NCBI GenBank assembly: GCA_038087875.1
Contig: CM075989.1
Span: forward strand, 9,426,001-9,490,000
Origin: Malacoraja senta
Lineage: Eukaryota
Direction: 5' to 3'
Length of the DNA: 64,000 bases
Below the pieces are notes generated by a model. It was not told where the DNA came from, searched no databases, and worked only from the letters and a program-made list of their open reading frames with translations. Position numbers and translations under genes: made by a program. This document shows, piece after piece, positions 50,821 to 64,000 of this stretch; positions within the stretch are counted from its first letter, which is position 1; each line of letters opens with the position of its first letter.

Positions 50821-53271
50821 ATGGAATGGAACATTGTTCAATTATCAGCAAATATCCTGACTTTTGATATGACCTGAAGCTGTATTCAGCATTTTGTGTC
50901 TATCTTCAGTGTAAACCAGCATCTGCAGTTCCTTCCAATTCATACACACACATGTGTAGCACTATACGTCTCGTTGTGGGCTAATCAATGCCCCCTGACT
51001 GTAGAATAATGAGACACAGAAACATTCACGATGGCATTGTTCCTTTATCTACTCTTTAAAAAAAGTGGAAAATAACACAATTCAGCTGAAAGCAAATAAT
51101 TATCTACAAGATAAGTATATAAAACAGCAAGACCGAGTAAAGAGTAAAACACACAAATGACAATATTTTTAAAAAGTAATGTGGGGATTTAATTTTTGTC
51201 TTTAGGAGGTGATTACTGGCAATGTTTGATAACTGAATTGGTGCTCTGTAAGATGGCTGGTCTCTGGCTTGGCTGTACATGTCCAAGTGTGACACAATAC
51301 GAGTGATGCTGTTCAAGCCTTCAGATCCTTCACAGTTTCTGCATCTCCAAAAATAGGCTGCTCTTGCCAAGAAAGGACACTTTACAAAAGTTCATTTGAG
51401 TGATCACACACTCACCAACATTTTGTAGCCCCCATGCATACTCCATTTAGAAGTTCTATAGTAGTCCACTCCTGACCAATCTGTATTTTTGTCCCCTGGA
51501 TTGTTGGAATTGCATGCTTCATTTCTAAGATGAGGATTAAAATATAGGGTTCTAACTCATTATTCTGGAAATGTTCCACATTTAACACAGGATAAAAACA
51601 GTGCTTTTATTTTATAAGAAGGCAGACAAACACATCATGGCCCAATTAGCCATGGTCATAATTCCATCTGGGCCCAGCCCCAATGACTGAAACCTCCTCT
51701 ATCCTCATGTTTAAAGATGATCAACAAACAGCATCCCGGCCTGTGCCCAAAGTTGCAATTGAATAAGATTCACAGATGCATGAAAATGTAAGATTTTAAG
51801 ATTATTTTGCCAATTCCCAAAGTTTAAATTTTAATTCTACGTTACGCACCAACGCAAAAATATACAACACACAGATCGGAAGAATAAGTTCTGCCTCGAG
51901 GCAAATAAATAATTCATGTTATCTTCCAAACAAACTCAAATACATAGAAATCACATTCAATCAGTCTTCACAAGGGTAAATCTTGACGAAGTTTGATGGT
52001 AGATCTTGACTAAGTTCGAGGTTGAGAGCCCACTCTAGTTGTTTTTCCCCATTTTACACCGGGATGCAATGTTAACATCTATATGTCAACTTATTTCTCT
52101 CTGTCCTTTATAACAGAGACCAAAATTATGCTAAAATAATTTAAACGAGTTATTCCATCTCTGACACTGACAGCACCCATTCACCACTTGATTGGTCAGC
52201 TAGTTTTTATTTAAATATTGTGTCACTTCTGACACTGAATTCTTTTTTTACTTGTTCATTTATGGCGTCTAGGAATCACTTTCTTAGCCAACTCTTATTG
52301 CCCCTCAATGGCGATGAGCAGGCACCTTGGATTGTGGTCCTTCTTGTGAAGGTGATGTTGGGGAGAGAGTTCCAGGTTGTAGACCCATTAGGTGATTTTC
52401 AAGTCAGGATGGAGTGCAACTTGGAGGGGGAGACCTGTGGGTGGTGTTATTCCTGCTAACCTTGTCCTTCTTTGTAGTAGAGATAGTGGGTTTGAACGTT
52501 GCCTTTCGAGTCACCTGGGCGGTGGGCACTCTGGGTAAGTCTTGGAGACTACCTGTGGTCATCCTGTGGCAGAGAGAATGAAAGCTTAAGGTATTCGATG
52601 GGATTCCAATCAACGTGCTGCTTTGATCACAATGTATTTTAGCTTCTTCATTGTTATTGGAGTTGCATTCATCCAGGCAAGTGCAGTGTATTCCATCTTG
52701 CTCTGGATTAGTTTCTTGTCGATGCTGAAAAGGCCAGGAGGTGAGTCACTGACACCAGATCGCCAGCTTCTGCCCTGCTCTTGTAACCACAGTATTTGTC
52801 GCTGGTTCAGTTGAATGGGGATCCATGGTGAACCCAGGCCGCTAATGCTGAGGGAAGTCGGCAGGGATTACGCCAATGTTGCAACGTCTCATCTTTTCCT
52901 CATGGGTAAACTGAGCGGGTGAGCAGAAGGAGCCGGTTGTCAGGAGAGAATCAACAGTCCGTCCTTCCTCATGTGGTGGCGTCAGTGTTGGATACGGATC
53001 GGCTGCAGGAATCCCCCTCTCCATTCCCCCACCACCCCCATGACACCATCCCATCCCACCAGCTGTACCAACTCACCACCCACCCTTAATAATCTCACCC
53101 CATCACCACCCGCTTAACCTCGCCCCATCCCACCACCCCTACCAACCCCAGACCGCTGCCATCAACCTAACCCCAGCCCACCCCCACCAATCCTACCAAC
53201 TCCATTCCACCACCAACCCTCCCACTAAGCTCATATTACTCCTTAAACCAGAGGTTTGCACGAAAGGATAG

Positions 53272-54035
53272 CTACAATACAATACAATTCAATAATACTT
53301 TATTAGCCAAATATGTTTTGCAACGTACGAGGAATTTCATTTGCCAAGTCAGTCATACAAATTAAAAGCACCAGAACACACAAAATATTTTAACATAAAC
53401 ACCCACCACAGTGACTCCTCCACATTCCTCACTGTGATGGAAGGCGAAAAAAAAAGAGCTCAATCTCTTCCCTTCTTTGTTCTCCTGCGGTCGGGGGCCT
53501 CGAGCCGTCCGTTGATGGGGCGATCTCACTCCCGCAGCCGGCGGTCGAGCTCTCCTCGTTGGGGCGATCGAGCTCCTGCATCGGGGGGGATCTCAGCTCC
53601 CCCCGCGTCAGCGATCGGACCCCGGGTCGGGGCTGGTCAAAACCTTCTGCGTCGTTGGAGCTCCCGACATCTACGGTCTCTACCCGAGTCTGCGAGCTCT
53701 CGATGGTAAAATCCGCAGGCCGCGGTTGGAGCGTCGATCCCAGGAAAGGGATCAGCTCCGATGGTAAGTCCACGTCCCCGCGGTGGGGCTCAAAGTCAGT
53801 CTCGAGCGAGGCCTCCAGCTCCGCGATGTTAGGCCGCAGAACGACCGGAGATATGACTCGGAAAACAATCGCATCTCCGGCAGGGTAAGAGATTGAAAAA
53901 AAAGTTTCCCCCGACCCCACATAAAACAAACCAGAGAACATTTACACAAACTTTTAAAACACACTAAAAATAACAAAAAAGAGGAGAGAAAAAAACTGTT
54001 GGCGAGGCTGCCAATCGCGAGGAGCCTCTGGTGGT
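53272..54035 (-). mobile_element. CpG-rich non-autonomous non-LTR element with AATAAA and (ATTGT)n tail
   Basis: Abrupt GC/CpG-rich block 53480-53890; minus-strand tail ggctaataaagtattattgaattgtattgtattg; family not identified. Confidence 0.65.
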
Positions 54036-54199
54036 AAACAGTTCTGTATGCTTCGCTGGGAGATACCTGGTAGACCACCAAAAGACCCTACAGCTGATTT
54101 TGTGCTGTCTTTTACGATCACCATGGTCTGGGAGTGGAACCCTTTACCCACCAGGATCCGGAGTCTTCACCTCCAGAACATCACCCCCTAATAGACCAG

Positions 54200-54420
54200 G
54201 GAGGCACAGTGGTAGAGAAGGGCGCTGTCTGTACGGAGTTTGAACATTCTCCCTGTGACCGTGTGGGTTTTTTCCAGTGCTCCAGTTTCCTCCCACACTC
54301 CAGTGATGTCAGTTAATTGGCTTCTGTAAATGATCCTTTGTGTGCAGGATAGAACTAGTGTATGGGGTGGTTGTTGGTCAATGTGGACTCGGTGGGCCTG
54401 TTTCCATGCTGTATCATGGA
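54200..54420 (+). mobile_element. V-SINE, internally deleted
   Basis: V-domain and tail present. Confidence 0.8.
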
Positions 54421-55161
54421 ACTATACATTTAATATTCATTAAAATATATTTTGTGACCTTTGGGGTCCAAATGACCACATGGCTGATTCAACTCCAACA
54501 GGTAGCAGAAAAATGTTTTCATCCTAATCGACTGAATCTGAACCAAACACAGAAATCTAAAGATGGGATCCCAACCAAATGCAACATTCATTTTTTAATA
54601 TTTCATTCAGGACTGCATTTATATTGACGGCATTATCACCAAATGTAACATACCTTATAGGTCTATCTAATAAGTCTATCTAATGGGAGAAGGACCTAAA
54701 GCTGAATAAGAATGCCAATGCCACAAAGGCCCCTGCAGACCAAAGGCGCGCGGATATGTGATCGCTTTTCACATCCAGATTTGCTCTACCCTGGTGGGAA
54801 GTGAAGTATTGTGCTGGGGGTTAGTGGGGGATGAGATCTAGTGTATGGCCTGCATCTCTTTAGTTTAGTTACGTTCATTGTCATGCGTGTCGAGGTACAG
54901 TGAAAAGCTTTTTTGTCGCGTGCTAACCAGTCAGCGGAATGACTGTACACGATCACGATCGAGCCACCGTGACTGGACTTGCACTGCATTCCCCATGGGT
55001 TTGAAGGAGCAAGGAGCCATCTCCTGTTGTGAGGTGGGGTTTGTTGCATATGGTATTGCTACACCCTGGGTCAACTTTTCTTTCGGAAGTTTTGCCTACC
55101 TGTTCGAGCAGCAGCTGAGGCCTCAGCTAAACCCACCTGAGAAAGGGGAGGGGGCAAAAAC

Positions 55162-55432
55162 CTATGGTGTCTTCTTGATGTGGAGGGTGTAATATGCCCA
55201 GGGTTCCGGCACATACATCACTCCCGGGTACTTTCGCCGGAGAATTTTGTCATTCCAAAGGAAGGCCACCCATACGGAGATCAGGACCAGCGTGATACAG
55301 AAGGAGTAAAAGAGGAAAAGGCCGTTGCTGTCCATGACCAGCCCTTTGCGTTTCTTGTGCATCACTGTAGCCATCATGGCAAAGGTGGTGAAGATATAGA
55401 GGACGAAGATCTGACCCTCTGTCACCAGGTAC
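55162..55432 (-). CDS. CLN6: CLN6 terminal coding exon
   Basis: ctttccag|[27 protein letters not shown]...DSNGLFLF...[39 protein letters not shown]. Confidence 0.96.
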
Positions 55433-55729
55433 CTGGAAAGACACAGGGGGGGGGGGGGGGGGGAAACAACCTTCAGCTCTTCAGAGGTAAAACACAGAGT
55501 GTTGGAGTAACTCAGCAGGTCAGCCAGCATCTGTGGAGAACATGATAGGCGACGGTTTGGGTCAGGACCCCTCTTCGTCTCGACCCAAAATGTCATCTAT
55601 CCATTCCTTCCACAGCTTGTTGTCTGAACTGCCGACTTATTCCAACATTTTATGTTTTGCTTAAGATTCCAAAATCTGCAGTTCATTGTGTGTCTCCTCA
55701 GGGGTTACTCAGAGTCTCCACCAAGGATG

Positions 55730-56395
55730 GTAGACAAAAAGCTGGAGAAACTCAGCGGGTGAGGCAGCATCTATGGAGCGAAGGAATGGGTGACGTTTCG
55801 GGTCGAGACACTGATGTGGGGGTGGGGGTCGGGAAGAAGAAAGGAAGAGGCGGAGACAGTGGGCTGTAGGAGAGCTGGGAAGGGGAGGGGAACCAGGGAG
55901 AAAGCAAGGACTACCAGAAATTGGAGAAGTCAATGTTCATACCGCTGCGGTGTAGACTACCCAAGCGAAATATGAGGTACTGCTCCTCCAATTTGCGCTG
56001 GGCCTCACTCTGGCCATGGAGGAGGCCCAGGACAGAAAGGTCAGATTCAGAATGGGAGGGGGAGTTGAAGTGCTGAGCCACCGGGAGATCAGGTATGTTA
56101 TTGCGAACTGAGCGGAGGTGTTGGGCGAAGCGATCGTCAAGCCTGCGCTTGGTCTCACCGATGTAGAGCAGTTGACACTTAGAACAGCGGATGCAATAGA
56201 TGAGGTTGGATGAAGTGCAGGTGAACCTCTGCCACACCTGGAAAGACTGCTTGGGTCCATGGATGGAGTCGAGGGGGGAGGTAAAGCGACAAGTGTAGCA
56301 TTTCCTGCGGTTGCAAGGGAAAGTACCAGGGTGGTTTGGGTGGGAAGGGACGAATTGACCAAGGAGCTATGGAGGGAGCGGTCTTTGCAGAAAGT
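55730..56395 (-). mobile_element. Penelope-like retroelement 3' fragment (GIY-YIG endonuclease)
   Basis: FTCTSSNLIYCIRCSKCQLLYIGETKRRLDDRFAQH...PVAQHFN...RKLEEQYLIFRLGSL...GMN. Confidence 0.92.
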
Positions 56396-57094
56396 CAAAA
56401 GCCAAGGATGTTAACTCTCTCTGCTGTTTGAGGTAACTGCTCAGAGGAGGAACATTTAAATTTAGAAAATTCTTCCTTTTCCCCAAAAGAGGACATGTAA
56501 CTAACTGAGAGCTGTTTTGAATCCCTTCCCACAACCTTAATGAGGAAATAAGGATTGACATTTAAAGAGGGATCACAGAGACTTGGAGGTAAAAAGCCCA
56601 GTCACTTATGGGGTAATTGACTGCTGAGATCAAAGATCCCTCAACCAGATAAAGCCCTTCCTCATGTGTAATTACTTGGGGCTGGCTGGCAACTCTCCAG
56701 TGTCCAGCCAGGTGGCTGTCTTTGAGCTGGGCCTTGATTACAAACAGCCCATTTTGCTGATCGATCCACTACACATTGTCCAACCCGACCTGTAGTCACA
56801 GTGCAATGTGTGGCAATTGTGGCTGATTTTCTCCTGAACTTTCTCTGCCAGGATGTGGTTGCCTTGGGCAAGGGTCAGGCTGAGGGGCCCGGAGAAGGTG
56901 GTGGAAGGTGACTGGGGCATGGGATGGTACAAGCGAAGGATTTGCTAAGTTCTTTCATTGAGTCACAAATAGACTAATTGTACAAGGGCAGAGCCTTTTA
57001 CTTGGGTTGAGCCAAGTATGTTTTTTGTCACTTCCATCTGATACTAACTCTAATTTTTAGATATATCTATTTTTGGTTAAAATGTGTTTGATCC

Positions 57095-57490
57095 ACCAAG
57101 ACTACAGGGCATAGGTTTAAGGTGAGAGGGAAAAAGTTTAATGGGTCTGAAGAAGGGTTTCGGCCCGAAACGTTGCCTATTTCCTTCGCTCCATGGATGC
57201 TGCTGTACCCGCTGAGTTTCTCCAGCATTTTTGTGTACCTTAAAGTTTAATGGAGATGTGTGGAGAAAGATTTCTTACACAGTGCGTGGTGGGTGCCTCG
57301 AACACATTGCCATGGGTGGTGGTGGTGGAGGCTTGTACAACAGTGGCATTTAAGAGACGTTTATAGATATATAGATATGTCAGGAATGGAGGGATACGGA
57401 TCATGTACAGGCAGATGAGATTAGTTTAACTTGGCATCATGTTCAGCACAGACATTGTGGGCCTGTTCCTGTGCTGGTCTATGTTCTGCG
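57095..57490 (+). mobile_element. CR1 3' end with a nested ~97-nt Penelope terminus (57145-57241)
   Basis: AAAGTTTAATGG duplicated at 57133-57144 and 57242-57253. Confidence 0.85.
57140..57181 (+). ncRNA. Minimal type-I hammerhead ribozyme-like motif (Penelope-associated)
   Basis: AATGGGT-CTGAAGA-A-GGGT(TTCG)GCCC-GAAACGTT-GCCTATT: core, helix II, palindromic helix III, 7-bp helix I with G-U pairs. Activity unknown. Confidence 0.55.
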
Positions 57491-57895
57491 TAAAGGAGGC
57501 TGTGCATTTAATTTCTTTCTTCAAGGGATGTGGACATTGCTAGCAAGGAGAGCACTTACTGCCCATCCCCAATTACCCTTGAGAAGGTGGTGATGAGCCA
57601 CCTTGGCCGAACCATGGCAATCCTTCTGCTGAAGGTGGTCCTGTAGTGTCGTCTAGTGGGATGTTTGGATCCAGCGATGAAGAAGATATGCCAATATATT
57701 TGCAACATGTGACTGGGAAAGGAAGCAGCAGATAGTGGTATCTCTATGCTCCTGCTGCCCTTGCTAATGATAACAGCTATCCCGTGCCTCAAGATTACTA
57801 GCCAGCACTATAGCCACAGGTCCCTGGATCCAATAACGTTATTAGGAAAGGGAAATGTACAGTTATACTTTGCAAATAACTTGCTTGTCTCTTAC

Positions 57896-58018
57896 CAGTA
57901 GTAGAGGCTGCTCGGACCGAGGAGTAGCCATGCGGACATGGGCATTCTGCTGTCCTTGCTACACAGAGTGAAGCAACCAGTAAAATACAGGCAGAAAATT
58001 ATGAAGAGGGGAATGTAC
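57896..58018 (-). CDS. CLN6: CLN6 penultimate coding exon
   Basis: gccacag|G TAC ATT...TAC TG|gtaag; 123 nt. YIPLFIIFCLYFTGCFTLCSKDSRMPMSAWLLLGPSSLYYW; split Trp codon joins the terminal exon. Confidence 0.95.
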
Positions 58019-58122
58019 CTGTGGCAGAGAATCAACACAACAATGTCAAAGCCCACCAACACCTCAAACAGCTGTAACATTAATGGGTAATGTCATACTT
58101 GATGAGCATCTCTTCAAGATCT

Positions 58123-58408
58123 TTAGTTTAGTTTAGAGATACAGCACGGAAACAGGCCCTTCGGCCCACCGAGTCTGTGCCGACTAGCAATCACTAGCTG
58201 CACACGAGTGACAATTTACGATTTTTACCGAAGCCAAATTAACTTACAAACCTGTATGTCTTTGAAACGTGGGAGGAAACCAGAGCACCCGGAGAAAACA
58301 CATGCAGTCACGGGGAGAACGTACAAACTCTGTACGGACAGCGCCCGTGGTCAGGATCACACCTGGATCTGTGGCGCTGTAAGCAGCAACTGCTGCGCCA
58401 CCGTGCCG
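58123..58408 (-). mobile_element. V-SINE (HE1-like)
   Basis: Consensus match. Confidence 0.88.
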
Positions 58409-58857
58409 CTCATGACAGCTGGTGACCACCTACGTGTCAATGTAGAAGTGGACCGAACCAGCTGGCCAGGCAGCAGCTCTGGAGAAAAGGTGTGGGTGAC
58501 ATTTCGGGTCGGAACCTTTCTTCAGACCAAGGAATTGGAGGGATATGGATCATGTGCAGGCAGATGAGATTATTTATTAATTATTATTGCCATCATGTTC
58601 AGCACAGACATTGCGGGCAAGTTCCCAAGGGTTCCGACCCTAAATGTCACCTGTTCCTTTTCTCCAGAGATGCTGCCTGATCCGCTGAGTTACTCCAGCA
58701 TTTTGCGTCCATCTTCGGTATAAAGCAGCATCTGCAGTTCCTATCTACACAGTGGACAGAAGCAGCTTCCCTGTGTGGAAGTCATCGTGTAGTAGAAAGG
58801 CAACTCCCCGCAACATTAGCTCTTTCAACTATTTTATGAATTAATGTGTCAGAGATC

Positions 58858-59030
58858 CGGTAGAGTTGCTGCCTTACAGTGCCAGAGACCCGGGTTTGAT
58901 CCCGACTACAGGTGCTGTCTGTACGGAGTTTGTATGTTCTCCTGTGTGGGTTTTCTCTGGGAGCTCCAGTTTTCTCTCGCACTAAAGATGTGAAGGTTTG
59001 TAGGTTAATTGGCTTGGTAAAATTGTAAAT
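58858..59030 (+). mobile_element. V-SINE truncated by assembly gap
   Basis: Head and V-domain run into Ns. Confidence 0.85.
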
Positions 59031-59230
59031 NNNNNNNNNNNNNNNNNNNNNNNNNNNNNNNNNNNNNNNNNNNNNNNNNNNNNNNNNNNNNNNNNNNNNN
59101 NNNNNNNNNNNNNNNNNNNNNNNNNNNNNNNNNNNNNNNNNNNNNNNNNNNNNNNNNNNNNNNNNNNNNNNNNNNNNNNNNNNNNNNNNNNNNNNNNNNN
59201 NNNNNNNNNNNNNNNNNNNNNNNNNNNNNN
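59031..59230. other. Assembly gap (200 N)
   Basis: Run of N. Confidence 1.
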
Positions 59231-59249
59231 TACCATGGAGTGGGGGGGA

Positions 59250-60198
<949 letters not shown>

Positions 60199-61259
60199 AT
60201 GCTAGACTGAAATAGAGGGAGGGCAAGTTAAGGAAATGAGCAAAGTTTGCTGTAGAGGAAAGTATTTGAGCAAATGTGAGTGATGTGAAGACAAGACATT
60301 GATCGACTGAAAGAACAATAGAAACAAAAACAGAAGAAGCTAGAGTAGGAGAGAGGGGCGGTGCGTGGGGAGTGACAGGGACTATGGGATGGTGTGTGGT
60401 AGAGGGGGCGGGGGAGGGAGGGATATCTGCCTTGTGTCATCACTGATGTTGCTGCGAATCTTGGGCTGAGCCACAGTGACATGTCTATGCTGGTAAATGC
60501 TGGGAGCTGCCAGCACACCTGGCAACATCTGTGGCAGGCAGGCAGGACAGACGGGCGATGGCTGGGACCTGGAACCTTGGGCAGTGGTGGGTTCAGCAGA
60601 TCAAGGACAGGATGTCAATGAGGAACGGTTTCCCACGCGGTGCTGGCTGACCCGTTGGCCTGTTGGACAGGGTAGAGCCGCCTCTGACTGCTTCAAACCA
60701 GTTCCTCCCAGGATTCAGGGACAATGGAAGTTAGGCAACACCCCGTGAATGTGAAACCCATCAAGGACTCTGGTTAACCCTTCCCTGCACCAGGTTTGCA
60801 AACCCATCAGAGGGACAAGCTGAAGATGCAGCGCTGAGGAAATGGATTGGGAGAGATTCTAAAACCAAAACACAAAGTGCTGGATTTACTCAGCGGGTCA
60901 GGCAGCATCTGTGGAGGGAATAGACGGACAACGTTTGCTTCGGGACCCTTCAGACTCTGAAGAAGGGTCCCAACGTGAAGCATTACTGACCCGTTCCCTC
61001 CACAGATGCTGCCTGACCTGTTGAGTTACTCCAGCACTTTGTGCTTTGGTCTAATTTCCAGCATTTGCAGTCTCAAGATTCAAAAGCTGTCGTCTGGACA
61101 ATGAGGAGCCAGCCTGTAATTGGTGGATGGATGGGTGGGGGGGGGGGGGGAGAGGGGGGAGAGGGGGGGGAGAGAGAGTGGTGGTAGTTTGTCAGTGGGG
61201 GGTGCAATGGCCATTGATAAAGCCAAATATTGGCAATGGCGAATTGAAGGGCTGTTTTA

Positions 61260-61606
61260 AGGGCCTGTCCCACTGTACGAGGTAATTCAAGATTTCTCCC
61301 GAGTTTTCCCCCTGATTCGAACTCGGAGAATGTCCGTAGTGGGTCCGTAGGAGTTCGTGGATGTCTCGTAGCGGCTCGTACGAGTAAAAAGTTACAATTT
61401 TTTCATCACGAGTATTTTTTTTATTGGTGGACATTTTTCACAGTGTTGAAAAAACGTCACGTGTTTACCGGATTTCCCGAGTACCTACCGTTACTCGTAC
61501 GAGCCGCTACGAGATATCCACGAACTCCTACGGACATTCTCCAAGTTCGAATCAGGGGAAAACTCGGGACAACTCTTGAATTACCTCGTACAGTGGGACA
61601 GGCCCG
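61260..61606. mobile_element. MITE with ~120-bp TIRs, related to the Harbinger-type MITEs above
   Basis: GGGCCTGTCCCACTGTACGAGGTAATTCAAGA and TCTTGAATTACCTCGTACAGTGGGACAGGCCC ends; TTA/TAA flanks. Confidence 0.9.
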
Positions 61607-62521
61607 TAACACATCAACATCAATAAGAATGTCTTCCCTTAGGAAAGGGAGGCCATTCAGCCCTAACCCCAACCCAAAACATTGAGAATGTGCAAACACC
61701 CCACAGACAGCAGCCGAGGTCAGGATCGAACCTGGGTTCCTACAGCAGCAGCATGAGCTGTTGTGCCCACACTCTGTCAGCAGAAGGTGACAGGGGTCTT
61801 AATGTAGTCAAACATCCCAAAGAGGTTCACAGGAGTGTTAGGGAACAGGAGGAAATGAGATTGATGTTTTCAGGAAGACCCACGAGGAAGACAGTGAGGT
61901 GGGGAAATGGCAAAGTGCTGCTCAGCTAATGAAGTGCCTGCAAAATAAAAGAAACAAAGAACTGCTGATGCACGTTTACAAAAACAAGCTTTTTGTGTCC
62001 ACCTCTCACACTATCATCGACTTGTACTCTAATTGTGTTTTTGCACTGATGTCTTGTTTTTTCCAGTCTTTTTCTATTCATTGTCTTGTAGAATTTATAT
62101 CTGATTTATGTTTTTGGGTATTGCCTGTGCCTTTGATGCTGCTGCAAGCAAGGTTTTCAATGCATCTGTAGCTCAACTGTACTTGCGCATGTTACAATAT
62201 ACTGGATCGACTGTGAGTCCAGGCCCTGGGGAGGGGCACTGGTTGTGGGCTGAACAACCTTTTGATGATGGACCCTACTGTGGTGTCTTTCTTTACATGA
62301 GCGCCACCTGGTGGGATGTCATCAGTTCCTCCGACTCTGCTCATTACCAGCACAAGTCTGCAGTTATTACAGATCTTGTTAAATCAAAATGTTGTTGGAT
62401 TTTCCCCAGGCACCGCTCATTATTAGATTTGTTATTGGTTTCCCCCTGAGACCTACCCATATGTCTGCCTGTGTGTCTGTCTCTCTCCCTCTCTCTTTCT
62501 CTCTCTCTCTCTCTTTCTCTC

Positions 62522-63078
62522 CTTATCGCTTTACCTCCCCCCTTGACTCCATTCAAGGACCCAAGCTGTCTTTCCAGGTGCGGCAGAGGTTCCCCTGCAC
62601 CTCCTCCAACCTCATCTATTGCATCCCCTGCTCTAGATGTCAGCTGCTCTACATCGGTGAGACCAAGCGCAGGCTTGGCGATCGCTTCGCCCAACACCTC
62701 CGCTCAGTTCGCACTAACCAACCTGATCTCCCAGTGGCTCAGCACTTCAACTCCCCCTCCCATTCCGAATCCGACCTGGGCCTCCTCCATGGCCAGAGTG
62801 AGGACCACTGTAAAGTGGAGGAGCAGCATCTCATATTTCGCTTGGGCAGTTTGCACCCCAGCGGTATGAACATTGACTTCTCCAATTTCAGGTAGTCTTT
62901 ACTTTCTCCTCCCTTCTCAGCTCTCCCTGAGCCCACTGTCTCCACCTCTTCCTTTCTTCTTCCCGCCCGCCCCCACCCTCACATCAGTCTGAAGATGGGT
63001 CTCGACCCGAACTTTGCTATTTCCTTCGCTCCATAGACGCTGCCTCACCTGCTGATTTCTCCAGCATTTTGTCTACCT
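62522..63078 (+). mobile_element. Penelope-like retroelement 3' fragment (GIY-YIG) abutting a (CT)n tract
   Basis: FPCTSSNLIYCIPCSRCQLLYIGETKRRLGDRFAQH...GMNIDFSNFR*, followed by the cagtctgaagatgggtctcgacccg terminus. Confidence 0.92.
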
Positions 63079-64000
63079 TTGTCTGTCTTGGTGAGGTTAG
63101 AGGCAGCATGTGCTGAGTCACGCAGATGCCAGCTCCAATTCCCAGTCTGTGCAGAGTGAGCTGGTCACTATAGACCAAAACTAAACTGCAATCCCCATCA
63201 ACTAGCGGCAGGGGAAAAGAAAATAATAGAATGCCAATAAAAACTGCTGATAATATTCAAGACTATTTGAAATCCAAAGGTCAACATTTTCTAAACAATA
63301 TCCTGGGCCTCTTCCCGCCCCTCCCCGCAATCTGTCTGTGGGGTCGCAACCCGAAACATCACCTTTCCATGTTCTCCAGGGATGCTGCCTGACCCGTTGA
63401 GTTACTCCAGCATTTTGAGTCTCCTTTTGAAAACCAGCATCTGCAGTTCCGCGTCTCTGCATTCTGTAAACGATACTTTCTGAAATCTGAAAGAAAATTT
63501 GGTTTGCAGTAAATTACTGGGTGAAATATGTAACAGGGGAAATTTCCAGTCCACATGCAGGTATCTCTGGGTACAGAATGATACATTACCATAGTCGTGG
63601 ATTAGCAAGCCATTAAAACTCGCGGTTCATGCAACAAAGTCTCATATTTGGAGGGTATTTTACAGCAAGCAGAACATCTGAAATTCTCATCAGTTTCCTG
63701 ACTTTCCAGGATACATTGCTGAAGCTGAGAATCCACAGAGGATCTGGGAAACACAGCAACATCTGGATCTCCATGTGTAATTGCACATCTGTGTACTCAG
63801 AGGTTTGCTGTCAGTTCCATGGTGTGATGAGAGTTTCACCACCATTACAACCACAGATTCAAGGCCATTAAACTACCAATAAGCCCACAAAAATGTTGAT
63901 GAAAGAATCGGGCCTTATCCCCAGAGAGTGAGTATTGAAAAACAACGTTCCTTGTAAAGAATTTTGGGTTAGACCACACTTTAGGTACTACGAATAGTTT

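Noticed and set aside
53341..54081. Several overlapping 109-170 aa ORFs and a CpG-island-like signal
   Set aside because: GC-rich retroelement body; stop-poor by composition, with no evidence for a promoter or gene.
63549..63600. cacatgcag...ggtac resembling the reverse complement of the missing CLN6 exon end
   Set aside because: No GT donor at the required position and the translation does not match the expected peptide.

Overview
Vertebrate genomic DNA, most likely from a cartilaginous fish (skate/ray), inferred from abundant HE1-type V-SINEs and their partner CR1 LINE fragments. Three genes lie in the order and orientation I recall for human 15q23. PIAS1 (+) contributes its last six coding exons (SP-RING end, SIM, C-terminus, stop at 18979) and a long repeat-free putative 3'UTR. 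CALML4 (-) has all five coding exons, 44253 to 37612. CLN6 (-) contributes its last two coding exons, 58018 to 55162. The rest is a dense mosaic of transposon relics: CR1, Rex1/Babar, RTE, Tx1, Penelope, V-SINEs, a CORE-SINE and Harbinger-type MITEs, plus microsatellites and one 200-N gap. Four observations stand out. (1) An unrecognised ~200-bp, CpG-retaining, multi-hairpin element occurs twice (20460-20662 on +, 50619-50820 on -), ~94% identical in its core, each copy sense to and downstream of a stop codon (PIAS1, CLN6). (2) CALML4 exon 3 has a 1-nt deficit that creates a premature stop. (3) Penelope-derived, TSD-flanked short elements carry minimal hammerhead-ribozyme motifs. (4) A young SINE resembling teleost AFC-type CORE-SINEs is nested in CALML4. 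Gene and repeat identities come from recalled sequences, not database searches, and repeat boundaries are approximate.
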